The notes under the pieces were generated by a model, which worked only from the letters and a program-made list of their open reading frames with translations, ran no database searches and had not been told where the DNA came from. A stretch of DNA of 63,649 bases, counting the filler, from Collodictyon triciliatum (lineage: Eukaryota), in NCBI GenBank assembly GCA_043381765.1. It is 5 parts of 5 records of this genome, joined end to end, with 100 filler letters (N's around TTAATTAATTAA, not from the genome) between each part and the next. Parts side by side here need not be neighbours in the genome. Positions count along the whole stretch, not along the records: positions 1 to 22,508 come from JBHJMP010000702.1; 4 more parts are not named here. One strand, given 5' to 3'. Both the position numbers and the translations under genes were made by a program. Positions 1-17,404 of the stretch are shown one piece after another; position 1 is the stretch's first letter, and the number at the start of each line of letters is the position of its first letter.

Positions 1-98
1 CAAACAAACAAACAAACAAACAAACAAACAAACAAACAAACAAACAAACAAACAAACAAACAAACAAACAAACAAACAAACAAACAAACAAACAAACA
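1..98. repeat. (CAAA)n microsatellite in SEH1 intron
   Basis: Perfect tetranucleotide run. Confidence 0.95.
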
Positions 99-117
99 TT
101 ATTCAATAAAATACAAG

Positions 118-723
118 GTGTTTGAATACAATGACGGCAACAAGAAATGGATCAACATCTTGACACTCGATCCTTACAAAATCCGAAAAGGACGGTGCAT
201 CCGTACATGACATCTCCTGGGCCCCAAATGTTGGAAGGTAAAAAAAAAGAAATAATAATAAAAATTGAGAAAATGAAACAAATTCAATGATACTGTAAAA
301 GAAAAAAAAACATCATAATGCGTAAAATGTAAGGTATCACAAAACTCTACATCATACAATGGAGTCCGCAAGTTCAATATCCACCCAATTTATTTTTCAT
401 GGACATGTTTTCTATCGTGTACCCTGCGTGGAGATTTACTTATGATGTTTGCTACCTCCCCATATCATAGGACTTATCACCTAATCGCAAGCGCAGCTAA
501 GGATGGCGTTCGTATCTACAAACTGAATGTCAACGAGCTGAAACTAGTTGTGGACCAGCAGTTTGAGTTTGCAGACCATCGCGCTGAAGTGTGGAAAGTT
601 GAATGGAATGTCACAGGGACGGTGCTGGCCTCATCAGGTGACGACGGGAATGTGCGCTTGTGGAGGGCAAACTACGCCGGAGAATGGGCAAACATCGGCT
701 GCATCAGTTCGGACAGCACCTGA
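118..723 (+). CDS. SEH1: Nucleoporin SEH1 (WD40; Nup107-160/GATOR2 subunit), last two exons (118-237, 471-723); 5' part outside window
   Basis: Translates VFEYNDGNKKW...SVHDISWAPNVGR|TYHLIASAAKDGVRIYKL...DHRAEVWKVEWNVTGTVLASSGDDGNVRLW, the Seh1-type C-terminal WD repeats. GT-AG intron 238-470; stop TGA 721-723. Exon 118-237 needs a +1 frame correction (see findings). Confidence 0.85.
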
Positions 724-868
724 GCCAGAGCGAAAATAAACACCTGATCTAAATATTGTTTCGGGGAATGGACGTCGTATGTGGCATTATACACAAGAAA
801 AAAAAGTATAAACCATTCAATCCCAACAAAGTTTGCTTTTTTCTTGCAGAGCTTTGAATTTCGTCTTT

Positions 869-2770
869 TTATTTTTTTTTCAATTTTTGCGCAGAATATC
901 CAACAAAATATTTCATCCTATTTTGTTTTTTGAAGACCAGAGCCAACCACGTCCTTGAGCTTCTAATCAATTCCTTCAGCGCAACACTAACGTAGCTGCC
1001 ATGATAAGACATAGCTTTACAGTACACTGCAATAAAAATTGATAAAATCGAGACCAAATAAAGGAGCGAAAAAAAAACCTATTATAATACAAAAACAAAA
1101 AAATATATATAAATATACATATAAAAATAAATGACAATTACAAAGACAAATACGAAGACAAATACAAAGACAAATACAAAGACAAAGACAAAGACAAATA
1201 CAAGGACAAATACAAAGACAAATACAGAGACAAATACAGAGACAAATACAGAGACAAATACAAATACAAATACAAATACAAATACAAATACAAATACAAA
1301 TACAAATACAAATACAAATACAAATACAAATACAAATACAAATACAAATACAGATACAGATACAGATACAGATACAGATACAGATACAGATACAGATACA
1401 GATACAGATACAGATACAGATACAGATACAGATACAGATACAAATACAGATACAAATACAGATACAAATACAGATACAAATACAGATTCAAATACAGATT
1501 CAAATACAGATTCAAATACAGATTCAAATACAGATTCAAATACAAAACAAGAACAAGAACAAAACAATATTACTCACCCCATGACTGATGAATCTATTGA
1601 TGCTCCTACATTCATTTTACTATAATTATGCTCCCCAAACCCGCGCACGACCCTACTAATGACAAAAATTTCATAGACACACATGTTCCTGTGATTATTA
1701 GAGCATGCTCCCTTTAACTCGAACAAAGACGTAGTGTTGCAGCTGCCTGGCACACTTCAAACCATATCATGAGAGTTTTGCTGTCGGACATAGTCTGTCA
1801 CGTTTCTAATTTTGCCCCCACCCCATTGGTACCATGTCACAATGCTCAGCAAATGCTGGCTCACCACGGTCACCCTGGACACCCATGTGTTGTCGATGGT
1901 CAGAAAGAATGAAGGGCTCAATTGAACACAATATTCAATCGTCATGTTTCTCCCCCAATCCTCCCTCCGCATTTTTTTCCACCCAAGAGACTCTTCCAAC
2001 ACAGACCAATATCGTTCCCGAGCAGACACAAAGATTCCCAAGACCGGAGAAGCGACCTGGGAAAAACCGACTCTTTCCCTTTTTCCAAATACAGCCGATT
2101 TCTTTGATTCTCGAAAATAAAAATGGAGCATCGCTCCACATATGTAAATTTGCTATGAAACATTCCAGGAAAATAATTCACATTCCGCTTATGGCGACGA
2201 TTCCCATTCCCAGTGACGTCATAGGGAATGGGTGCATGACGCACCGAATAGTTTTGTCTGTCGACTTTAGTGATCATGGCCTATGACTTGGGAATTGTTC
2301 CCAAATTCATAAAGGGCGTGGCCACACGAGAAACCTTGGGAACAGGCCAGTGTATATAGAAGAGCGAGGGCCGGGCCGGGCATAGGCAGTTTGGATAATC
2401 CCTGGATGAGAGGGAGGACTGTGTGATTATGTATCACTTTATCATTGGAATACAGACTCATGGATACTGAACAAGGCCACTGGTGAAGAGCGCGGTGCTT
2501 GAATCTCGCATGTGCAGAAAGGAGCTTGGCAAGACCACAATGCGACTGCATTTACATGACGCCGGATGTTTACTCGTAGAGCGAATCACAACGGCACTGG
2601 ACAAAGATTTCTCTGTTGACCATACCTAAGACCCCCGAGGACTCATACAGCGTCTTTGTACGCCTCTAAAGGTCTCATTGTAAAGCCCGGGTGGTTTATG
2701 AGACTGGCGCAGAGAGCCTGGCTGGGATGTCTTGGGGTGGCTGTGGTGGGACTTAGGGAATGACTATGTC
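869..2770 (-). pseudogene. Possible decayed gene for an FN3-like single-pass membrane protein
   Basis: A minus frame over ~1945-1578 reads VTVVSQHLLSIVTWYQWGGGKIRNVTDYVRQQNSHDMV*SVPGSCNTTSLFELKG...VYEIFVISRVVRGFG (FN3-like pattern, one internal TGA). A GTGAGT donor at ~1578 leads to an exon at ~1078-869 with a hydrophobic stretch FFSLLYLVSILSIFIAVYC. The upstream part has several stops and frame changes. Confidence 0.3.
1137..1545. repeat. Compound hexamer microsatellite (ACAAAT/ACAGAT and 12-mer variants)
   Basis: Directly visible; produces spurious TN/TD, YL and VF ORFs. Confidence 0.95.
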
Positions 2771-3516
2771 CTGTTTCTTGTTGGATGCTCGGCGAATAAG
2801 CAACATGAGGTGGGATTAACATGCCAGTAGAGCACAAGAGGAGCTCGTCACGGGGAGAGAGAATGAAGCTTACCATCGCAAACAACTCACTGTTTAGTGT
2901 CTGCTTGACGAAAACTGTGCTACTTAAATCTAATCACGTAACTCTTCATAGCTTCGAGAGCGCAGCCTTTTCGAACCGACCGACCTACACAACCTTTTGT
3001 CNNNNNNNNNNNNNNNNNNNNNNNNNNNNNNNNNNNNNNNNNNNNNNNNNNNNNNNNNNNNNNNNNNNNNNNNNNNNNNNNNNNNNNNNNNNNNNNNNNN
3101 NNNNNNNNNNNNNNNNNNNNNNNNNNNNNNNNNNNNNNNNNNNNNNNNNNNNNNNNNNNNNNNNNNNNNNNNNNNNNNNNNNNNNNNNNNNNNNNNNNNN
3201 NNNNNNNNNNNNNNNNNNNNNNNNNNNNNNNNNNNNNNNNNNNNNNNNNNNNNNNNNNNNNNNNNNNNNNNNNNNNNNNNNNNNNNNNNNNNNNNNNNNN
3301 NNNNNNNNNNNNNNNNNNNNNNNNNNNNNNNNNNNNNNNNNNNNNNNNNNNNNNNNNNNNNNNNNNNNNNNNNNNNNNNNNNNNNNNNNNNNNNNNNNNN
3401 NNNNNNNNNNNNNNNNNNNNNNNNNNNNNNNTGCGACCATTCAGCCATAAAAAATGACTTGATATGGCATCTCATATTTTGTGCTCAAGTCTGATAATTC
3501 ACCAAACCTCAAACAG

Positions 3517-6042
3517 GTATTGATTGCCGCTGTGGCCGAATTCACTGGGGCTGTATCTATGGGAGCCCGAGTCACTGATACGGTGAAAGGAGGAATCACC
3601 AATGTCGACATGTACGAGAGTGAGCCAGAGGTAACTTTGCAGTCATACGACAAATATACCACTATTTTCTGCCCTTCTAACCCCCAAAGCAATAAAGGAA
3701 ATATTCCCACTTTTCACTTACAAATCCAATCCACACAGACCCTAATGTTTGTCATGATGTGCGCATTGCTTGGTGCTGGAACTTGGCTTCTTGTTGCATC
3801 CTACTTCTCGTGGGCTGTCTCCACCACACATGCCATCACCGGGGCAATCGCTGGCGGAGCCTTGGCCACTAAGGGAGGAGACGGAGTCGACTGGGATGTG
3901 GTTGTGAAAATCATCCTCTCTTGGATTATCTCACCACTAGTCTCTGGAGCCATGGCTTTCACATTCTTTGTCATCGTCCGCTTCTTCATTCTTCGCCATG
4001 AGAAGTCTGCTGAGCGCGCGCACTATGTCTTTCCGATTCTGTCATTTACTGTGTTCACAGTTAACACTTTTTTCATCATTTACAAGGTATGTGGAGACTT
4101 AATATTTCAATACAATCTGTAGTTCATTCAACGGAGACCAATCATAATCATCTTAATTTTTTTTGCCTTCAGGGCTCTCCTAATCTTGATTTAGATGAAA
4201 TCAGCCTCGGCGATGCATTGGGTGCTGCCTTTGGTATCGGTGGAGGAATGGCCATTATCTCCTTCTTCGTCGCTTACTTGTGAGTCTTATGCATAATAGT
4301 ATCACACTATCTTAATATGCCCTTTTATTGCTCTAATCGGCCTGTCCCAAACAATTCACCGAGTGCCTCTTTGTAGCATATTACGCCCCCGCATCGAAAA
4401 GCAGATTGAAGAAAAGAATTTGAAAGAGGCCAAAGCCACTGAGCTCCAGCAAGTCGGCATTGATGTTGTCACCTCAACTGATGTATTAATTCATATATGA
4501 TGCGCTAATGCCAGGAGTTCTTAAGCAAAAATATCTGTTCAAATCAAACCATATGTTTTAATCTATGTCTTACTACGTAGGGATACAGTACCACCAATGT
4601 CCCGTCCCCTAATGTCGAAAGAAATCCAGAGTCTCCCATCGCCGTGAGTCCATTCTGATATAATTTCTTTTAAAAAAACCAGATCGAAAAATAATTTACT
4701 TTTTTAGTCAAAGAGTTTTTCTTTTACGTTTTTAAGCTTTCCTGTTCTTAACGCTAAACTTCACCTGATACAGTCACCCGAAGAGAAGAAGAAATACAAG
4801 TGGTACAACAAGGGCATCAACCGCGTAAGCTAACCTATATAATAATATTTTTTCAAAGTCTTATGGGAGACCTCAGTGTGATTAAGGCATTCGTTTTTGG
4901 GATTTTTTGGTTTGTTTTAAAAATAATAAATAAAATCCAATTAAAATATAGGATGTGCACGAGTCCACTGTCAACGAAGAGAAGGTGCGTGAAATCCACG
5001 GCAACGCGGAGGAGTTCAACCCAGTGACCGAGGGGATGTTTTCCTATGCCCAGGTAGCATATTATTTCACTCAATCCTAGTTTTGCTTCTATTTATATTA
5101 ATCGAACCCTAAACCTGCCACACCAAATATACACAAGGTCTTGACTGCTTTCTTTGACTCCTTTGCCCACGGAGCAAATGATGTGTCCAACAGTATTGCC
5201 CCTCTAGCGGCTTGCATCGAAATCTATCGCTCCCATGAAGCTAACGGTGACACTCATGTGGATATTTGGATTTTGGTTTTGGGTAAGAAAATAAATATTC
5301 CTTCGGAAAACATAGTGAAGCACTCTCAAAAATATGTGTCGTTTACTAAAGGACTACCCACACTCTATTAATAATCCTTTTTTTTTTAAATAAAAAAGGT
5401 GGTGCTGGTATCGTCACTGGACTTGCCCTCTATGGCTACAACGTCATTGAGACGTTGGGTGTCAAGATTGCCAAGATTACACCATCCCGGTATATTTAGT
5501 AGCATCGATGAAATGAAACGTTAGAATACCTATCCCGTTACCCTGTATCCTAATACGATTGTTATTGTAACCAGCGGCTTCTGCATCGAGCTCTCCACTG
5601 CTCTCGTTGTCGTAATTGCCAGCAGATACGAGTTTCCCATCAGTACTACCCATTGCCAGGTAAATACTGTTATTTAAGAGTTGCTGTAATAAATTGAAAA
5701 CTTCCTCAAGCATGAATCTGGCCACACACAATCGTCCAACATCGTGCTCATTTCTTCCTTTCTCAAGGTCGGAGGCACCATGGGCGCTGGATTGACAGAG
5801 GGTTATAAGAATGTCCATTGGTGGCTCTTCGCTCAGGTTTCATGAAATCTCAGTTTTATGTTCTGAAAAGAAAAAGTACTTTCACTTACACAAGAAATAA
5901 TAACCTCACTTCTTAACAACACACACTGATTGCTATTTAGATGATTGGCAGCTGGGCCATGACACTTGTTTTCTCTGCTGCTGTGACCGCTCTCTTTGTG
6001 TCCTTCGGGTTTTACTCCCCTTCTTTCAGTTCTATGCACTAA
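3517..6042 (+). CDS. PiT/PHO4 (SLC20-type) inorganic phosphate transporter, 5' end lost in N gap
   Basis: Exons 3517-3630, 3739-4086, 4173-4279, 4377-4482, 4581-4643, 4774-4824, 4952-5053, 5138-5282, 5399-5489, 5575-5659, 5768-5836 and 5941-6042 splice in frame. Signatures: AEFTGA, VSTTHAITGA, SFAHGANDVSN, PSRGFCIEL, PISTTHCQVG. Stop TAA 6040-6042. Confidence 0.95.
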
Positions 6043-6280
6043 AGACTTCATATACATCCAACCTATCACACGAACACTTTCTCCTTGCTTACTTATTCCT
6101 ACACAACATCATTTAATTCCTGGGAAATCCAAATTTCAAACAATAAATCGTACCAGACCAAAAAAAAAACTAAATGTTTGCGGTCTTCGCTTTCATGTCA
6201 TATCTATTTACTTTGTGCTGTCTTTAGCTCAATCGATGCGTGTCTCGGCATTTAATAACTCACCACGCCTTCGTCGCTTC

Positions 6281-6416
<136 letters not shown>

Positions 6417-6772
6417 TAGAGGTCCATCTTGAATAGCACATTTAGCACAATAAACTATTCGTCTGGGCTGTGGCGCGCATACTCAAGTTCATACATAAAG
6501 AAGAGCACAGAGAGCCAGTGTTTTAACAACCTTAGAATGAAATTACACGATATCCCTGAATGCCCTCTAGGAGACGTAGTCATGAATCTCGAGAGAATTT
6601 TTTTTTTTTTTGTATGTAACAGTAAAATAAAACATTTTGGTTCTATGATTCTTCAGAACGAAAAACATCGAACCATGCCAAGATTGAATGCTGGCGATAG
6701 CGGTATAGTATTTTGAATTTATTCGGAAACATAGGAAGGATTAACCATGATGGGCGAGTAACGCTAACTGCG

Positions 6773-9530
6773 TCAATAAGATGACACCACGGAGCAGGTT
6801 TGGTTGGTCACATAAAGCAAGTTATCCATCCCAAAGGTGGCGAAGGTAGGACACGAGACTTTCCAGCTACACATGAGCGAGCCATCTTCTTTTAAAAAAT
6901 GGATAGCCTGGCCTGATGGATCTGTTAGAAGGATGCCATTATTGGGAGCTCGAGAGATGGAATGCAAATTGGTTGGGGGAATCGACCCAACGTCACTCAA
7001 ACGAGAAACCTTCAAAACCTTTCCATTCTCATCCAAAAATACTAGGACGACGTAGTGGAGAGCTAAACTATCTTCCGCGGCTTCATTCATGGCGAGATTT
7101 GTGGCTGAAACTATAACTTTGTTATCATCATTGACACAAACACCCATGGGCCATAAATCACAGGAAGGTAGAGTGATTATTGTTACTATCTGCCCATCAA
7201 TATCAAACTTTACAATCCTTTGTTCATCAAAGTCCACCACATACAGATTTCCTTTTCTATCATAAACAAGGCTTTGTGGATGGCGAAGTAACCCTGCTCC
7301 TAGTGTTTGCTTCAGTGTCCAATTGGCTTCAACAAGGGCATTTACTCTACTGTGATCTTTGGCTTCTTCGAAAACATAAACCCGGTGATCAGATATATCC
7401 GAAACAGCCAACCTGTTTGACGACATAGCCAAGAATGCAGGACGAGCTGAGCGTGGGAATGGGAGCTGCAAGGCGGCCCAATTGCCGGCCTTTTCAAGTC
7501 TCCAAACTTTGCAGGACGTCATATCGCAAACCATGATAAGACCCGTTCTTGGGTCCACGCTAATGTTCCCAGGCCTTGGGTGTTTGCCTGCTACGAGAGG
7601 TAAAGGATACTCAAGGCAAGGTCCAGGGCCTGCTTTAATCATGCGATATAATGGATAGAAGTTGTGAGTAACAATAATATCCAGCCTTGGTAATAATGAA
7701 CTTGACATATTCGGTCCGTGAGATAAATGCGATGTGTATTCTGACTCGGAAAAAGCAAGTTGTTCGGAGCGTGGTTCATGTGAACTTTTCGGCTCAATAA
7801 TGCTTTTGAGAGATACATGCGATGTGACATCCAGCTGGATACTGCTGCGCACAAATCGATGAATCTTCAACAGGTCATCTTCGGAATACTCCGAGAGCTG
7901 AGACGTGTCGACTACGGAGAGGATATCCAAGGCTGTTTGCAAGTGGTTTAAAGTGGCGGATAGGGTTTTCACACTCATCTTTGCTTTTTCATGCAACATG
8001 CCTTTGGTGGCGAGTTGCTATTGTTTTAAATAGCTTAGTTAATGAAAATGGTATGCACATGACAAGTTATCATAAAACTTACTCAAAAATCAATAGAATA
8101 TAATAATTTGTAACCTGGGCTTTTGATTCTGCCTCATTTTTTGTAATTTCATTGTTGAGACTTTCTACAATCATCCTCTGATTATCATAGTATTTTGAAG
8201 TGTATGAGGCTATACTCTCCAGAACAGCTTCTATCTGGAAAGACGACACAATTTTTTTAATCAAACTGTGGATTTATTAGAATACTATGTACCAATTGTT
8301 GTTTAATTTCGTGAAAATGTGTATTATACTTGAGATAACCCTATCTGAATATTTTCCTTGTTATCCTTGCACTGGGCCATCCTCTCTTCCAGTAGAGCGC
8401 TTCCATTTTTTAAGTCGGATATTATTTTTGACCAGGATTCATCAAAGCTGTCCAGAGTGTGATGCCTTTCGTCCTTGTTATGAGATGTAATACATACTCC
8501 GCATTTCAATGGGCTGGTGACACAATCGCGACATATATGTGTGAGTTTTTCTCCATGGAAAGCGCATACTTTCTTCCCTTGTGGTTTTGGTGACCCGGAG
8601 AGAGCCAGTACCGCCCTATGATATCACTTGTCTATTAATCCTCCAAGGGATAAAATTGGGAGCTTGGTACATATCTGTTTGAGAATATTAAAGGAAAAAA
8701 ACAACTGCGCCGAACAATACATGACAAAAAAAAATGTCAATTTAACTATTTCATGATAAATTGAAAGGGTTATTTTCTTTTACCATCGTTATCATCGTTA
8801 TCATTATCATGATAGACCAAGTCAATAATAACAATAGTAATAACAATAGTAATAACAATAGTAATAACAATAGTAATAACAATAGTAATAACAATAGTAA
8901 TAACAATAGTAATAACAATAGTAATAATAATAGTAATAAATAACAGCAATGAAAAACAAACAATAAAAAACAAAGAATAAAAAACAAAGAATAAAAAACA
9001 AAGAATAAAAAACAAAGAATAAAAAAACAAAGAATAAAAAAACAAAGAATAAAAAAACAAAGAATAGCAATAAAAACAGCAATAACAACAAGAATAATAA
9101 CAAGAATATACACAATAAAAGTAAAAAGAAACACAAACGTAACAAGATGACGCTTGGATATCCGTGAGGAGCGGTGTTCTGCCTCGCAAGTCGCGCACAG
9201 AAAGCCGCACCCGTTTTTGCACACAACAGAGGCCTCTGCTGCACACGAGTCCACCTGACACCCCGGCCCGGCAGCCGCAGCCGTTGCGTTCTGCTCAGCG
9301 ACTTTTTGTATGGGTCTCAGTATGCACGATCGCAGGGCGTTTGGATCGCCACCCGGGACGATCACTCTGTCCAAGCACAAAGGACAGACGATCTCGCTTC
9401 CGTCAGGGCCCGAGTCTCCGCCTTTCGAAAGAACGCCGATGCAAGTTGCGCAATAAACATCCCCGCATGGAAGAAGTTTCGGCGTTGTGTTCAGCTCTCC
9501 GCACATCGGACAGACAACGAGCAGATCCAT
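6773..9530 (-). CDS. TRIM-NHL-like protein: RING, two B-boxes, coiled coil, C-terminal NHL/6-bladed beta-propeller (putative E3 ligase)
   Basis: Exon 9530-9139: CPMC...LPCGDVYCATC...CPLC and CQVDSC...CKNGCGFLCATCEAEH...H. Exon ~8615-8330: CAFHGEKLTHICRDC...CGVCITSH...HH. Helical exon ~8235-8115. Last exon ~8017-6773 with NHL-like repeats (HPQSLVYDRKGNLYVVDFDEQRIVKFD, WPMGVCVNDDNKVIVS). Confidence 0.8.
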
Positions 9531-10228
9531 GAGTCTTCGTTTTCACGGGTTTAGAAAGGCTGGAGACAGAACGGAGTAAAGGAAACCGGAGTGCGACTTT
9601 TGATCGCGCTGCGAAAGAGATCTGCCAGAAGGGATCAAACCACGCCTTAGCTCCGAAACATAATGAACGACATTGGTTTTATTGTATAACTTTGCTGGTG
9701 TATTCTTTCCTCTTTCCGCCTGTTTCTATGAAGGTGGCGGCTGATGTGAATAAAACACGGTTGGATGCAACAACATTGATGCTAATAAGAATACAAATAA
9801 GACTTTTTTTTTCCTTGTGAACTGAAAAGATCTGAAGAAACAGCAGGTTCTCCTGTTGTAGTATTCTATTAAAGCATACCATCGCGATTAAAGCCAACCA
9901 CGTAGGTTTGCGGGTTGTGGGTTTGCAAAGGATTTCTTATTTTTATTTTCCTCCTTTTATTCGACTGGAAGATTTAGAATATCGTTTATTTAAGGCAGGT
10001 AACACGACAGAAGAGGAGAGGAAGCGACTCAGTTTTTTTTTTTTTTACCATGGAGGGAAATAGGAAGCAGAACACATTAGGCATGGAGAGGAAGAGAACA
10101 TGAGAAAAGGCCAACATAAGAACGAGTATATTTTGGCGTCCTGTTCACTTTTAATAAAAAAAAATGTATATAATTAGGGGGAAGCAAAAAGAGGAAGCAT
10201 TGTAGCCATTTCAATCAGAGCGAGGATT

Positions 10229-14530
<4,302 letters not shown>

Positions 14531-14664
14531 TATGCCAGTTTGGTAAAGAAAAACTTTATTCACTACATATGATTTGATATAGTTTTTTTTTTCAAAAACA
14601 AAAACAACGATTTTTTTCCTTTATTCGATTCAAAGAAAAACAAAAACAATGATAAGAAACAGAC

Positions 14665-15119
14665 ATCCCTTCGACGATATGTAGCGTATGAAACAGGGAA
14701 ATAAAACGCCAAACCAGGGATGCTGTTGCTGCTAAAAGGCCTGGTGTCGACTATAAGCCTCTTCATCACTAGCAAAAGTGTAATGCATACAGAGCTGAGC
14801 ATGATGTAAAAGGCTTGGAGGTAGGAGTCATCCATGTGCCCGACAAGAATCATTCCTAGAAAAACAAAGAGAATAGCACCAGGGATGAATCGGGTTTCCC
14901 AACGTAGCCTCCGTTTCTTGTCTGGCCAAGCGAGCGAGTGCCTTCTCAACTTTGCAACAAGGTCGAATCGAAGAATTCCATCGTCCTTCGTGTCTGTCCA
15001 CATGAAACAAAACCTTCTGCGGCCCTCTCCTGTCTTTCCTTTGGTTCGGTCGGATTGAGAGGAAGAGGCAAAGAGCAGAACCAAGGATGGGACACAGATC
15101 AAAGCGAAAGCCGACGAGT
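14665..15119 (-). CDS. Exon-like ORF with 2-3 hydrophobic segments upstream of the AGC kinase (own gene or kinase N-terminus)
   Basis: Open frame between an AG acceptor at 15121-15120 and a GT near 14664. Hydrophobic runs FIPGAILFVFLGMILVGHM and LQAFYIMLSSVCITLLLVM. No family recognised. Confidence 0.35.
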
Positions 15120-16023
15120 CTAACACAATAAATGATTTGCAATACAGAAAAAAAGAAAAAAAAAGAGGACATCAGACAAATCAACTAGAAAATCAAACAC
15201 TCACCAACCCCTACGCACAAAGTCACAGAAGAGCCTTAAACCCCAAACAGAACCAAAAAAAAATAGAGGGTCTTATGTATGCGCGTCCTGAGCTGACGCG
15301 TTCTTTGGCCCGAGAATCACACACACACAACAAAAGACCGCGTGCGTCCACATAGCAAACAGCCGCGTCCGGTCGCGGGCGCATTGCAACAGAATTCCGG
15401 CCAGGAATGTGTGCGTTTCCTTGTGCGAGGCTAATTTCGCCCTGCGAGAGAATATCTGCGGAATCATGCCATATATGTATTTATGACATTGCACTTGCCT
15501 CCCAAAAGCCGCTCGGCCGGAGTCATAAAAGTGATCAAAAATCAACAGAGGGAGCAGGAGACAAACCAGCCAGAACCTGCGCGTCAGTGGGATCTGCTCA
15601 ACCTGTCCAGCTGAGAATCCCACACACCAGTATGTCATTCAGTTCATCACGCGCGCAACTTCACAAACACACATATGTACAGGAGTGTCACGTATCATAG
15701 TCGTGTTTCTGTGCTTTCATATCTGCCTTTTGTTGTAATCATCATCATCATCATCGTTTTTTAACCTCTCTCTATGACGACAATAGAGAAACTGTGTTTT
15801 CGCTTTCTGATGTAAAGTCCACTGCACAGGAATGACTTCCAATAAAAAAAAAAAGGTGACAATTTGAGAAATAGCAGGATTGCACGCCTGTTTTGCTTGC
15901 ATGTTCCTTTCACCATGTCGGGATATTTATGTCCCTTGCCGAAGGAGATGCACAGGATTTTTGGTTGGAAAAAGAAGAAATAGAAGGAAAAGAGGGAAGG
16001 GGAAAGGCTCCAGACACCTGGTC

Positions 16024-16375
16024 TTACTGACTGACTGATCTTGCAGTAGCTTCCAGAACTTGAACGCGACGCTCCAGAACTTGGATGCGTTCGTTGACGA
16101 CAGCCAAGCGCGATCGGGTGGAAAGATCTGAGTTATTTTTTTTTTTGTATGGTTGTGAGAAGGATGTTGTGTTCGAGTGTTGACTTGGTGCGAACGAGTA
16201 TTCATGAGAAAATTGAATTCGACTGCAACACAAACTGTGTGTATTCTCTTTGGCACTCACCAAACTTTGTCAGAAACTCTGTGATCTTGAGGATGCTAAG
16301 AGAGATCTGCTCCGCAAAGTCGCGGTTTTCCCAGTCAGGCTTCACGAAGGGAGGAAGTGGCGGGGCTGTGGACAT
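16024..16375 (-). CDS. BRK1: BRICK1/HSPC300 subunit of the SCAR/WAVE complex, 2 exons (16375-16261, 16127-16024)
   Basis: MSTAPPLPPFVKPDWENRDFAEQISLSILKITEFLTKF|DLSTRSRLAVVNERIQVLERRVQVLEATARSVSQ* matches the BRK1 pattern DW.NRE...I..FL..FD.S.R.RLA..NE.L..LER....LEA. GT-AG intron. Confidence 0.93.
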
Positions 16376-17404
16376 GACTGTAGAGCTGTCTTTCTGTAAG
16401 AAACAAAAAAAAATGGTGCCAGTTAAGTTTGTTGGAGAGTGCTGCTTCTTCCTAGGCTTTTGTGAATCGAAACTGTCAACGCATGAATCCATGAACAACG
16501 CTGCTCGAGCCATGTTTTGATTGCTGATGAATTGCTGATGGATTGATCGAAAGTTCCACTCTTTAAGTGAGATTTTTCATATGTGGAAATTATGTATTTT
16601 CGAAATTGTCGCCCCATTGGGTGCGATTCAATCTTAAAAGTGGATATAATTCGGATTAATAATAACTTTGAGTGAACTTGGGTGGTAACGTAGTTTTCAC
16701 ACGCGAAGGCTATATCCCAGATTCGCGTATCCGCCTCACGGACGGGGCTTCTTTTGTCTTTCTCTCAAAGCCTCGCCAAGTAATAATAGCAAATTGAGAA
16801 AAACTGCACAATCAACATGGGTGATTCCGGATATGTTTTATCTATGCTCCACATATTTTATGCGCCCCAGCAGCATGCTCTCGCCGGAGTTTACCAGTTT
16901 ATTACCATTCACACTAGTTTAATTAATAGACAAACACGTCTCGTTTTCTCTTCATCACGGAAAAGAAATAAGCACTTTTGTCATATCTAGTTTATCTAAA
17001 ACTCGTGAATGAGTGCATGAATGATAATTTTTCATTTTATTTAAGGAATAGATATTATGAACCATTGTCTGTAAGAAAAAGAAAAAAACTGGAGAATCAA
17101 TCCAGGAGAGTAATTTGTGTAAATATATATATATATATATTTTAAAGGTCTTTGGTGTGCGCTCTCAGTCAGAAAGATAAAGTGGAGATAAAAAGGATTA
17201 TTGAAATGAACAACACAATTGTAAAATGAACGAAAAAGAAATTAAACTGGAAGGAAAAGACAATTAAATATACTTTACACGAAGCATATTTAACATAAAC
17301 AAAAAAACAAAAAACAAAAAACAAAAAACAAAAAAAAAACAAAAAAAACAAAAAAAACATAAACAAAAGTAAAAACAACAACGAATAATTGCTAACATTT
17401 CCTT

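Noticed and set aside
1082-1625. Long low-complexity ORFs (TNTD, YLYL, VFVF) and similar poly-K/F/I/Y/L ORFs elsewhere
   Set aside because: They are translations of intronic microsatellites, homopolymers or N gaps.
15587-15623. GTGGGAT...ATCCCAC hairpin as a tRNA-like or ncRNA element
   Set aside because: It is a single short imperfect stem with no A/B box or cloverleaf.
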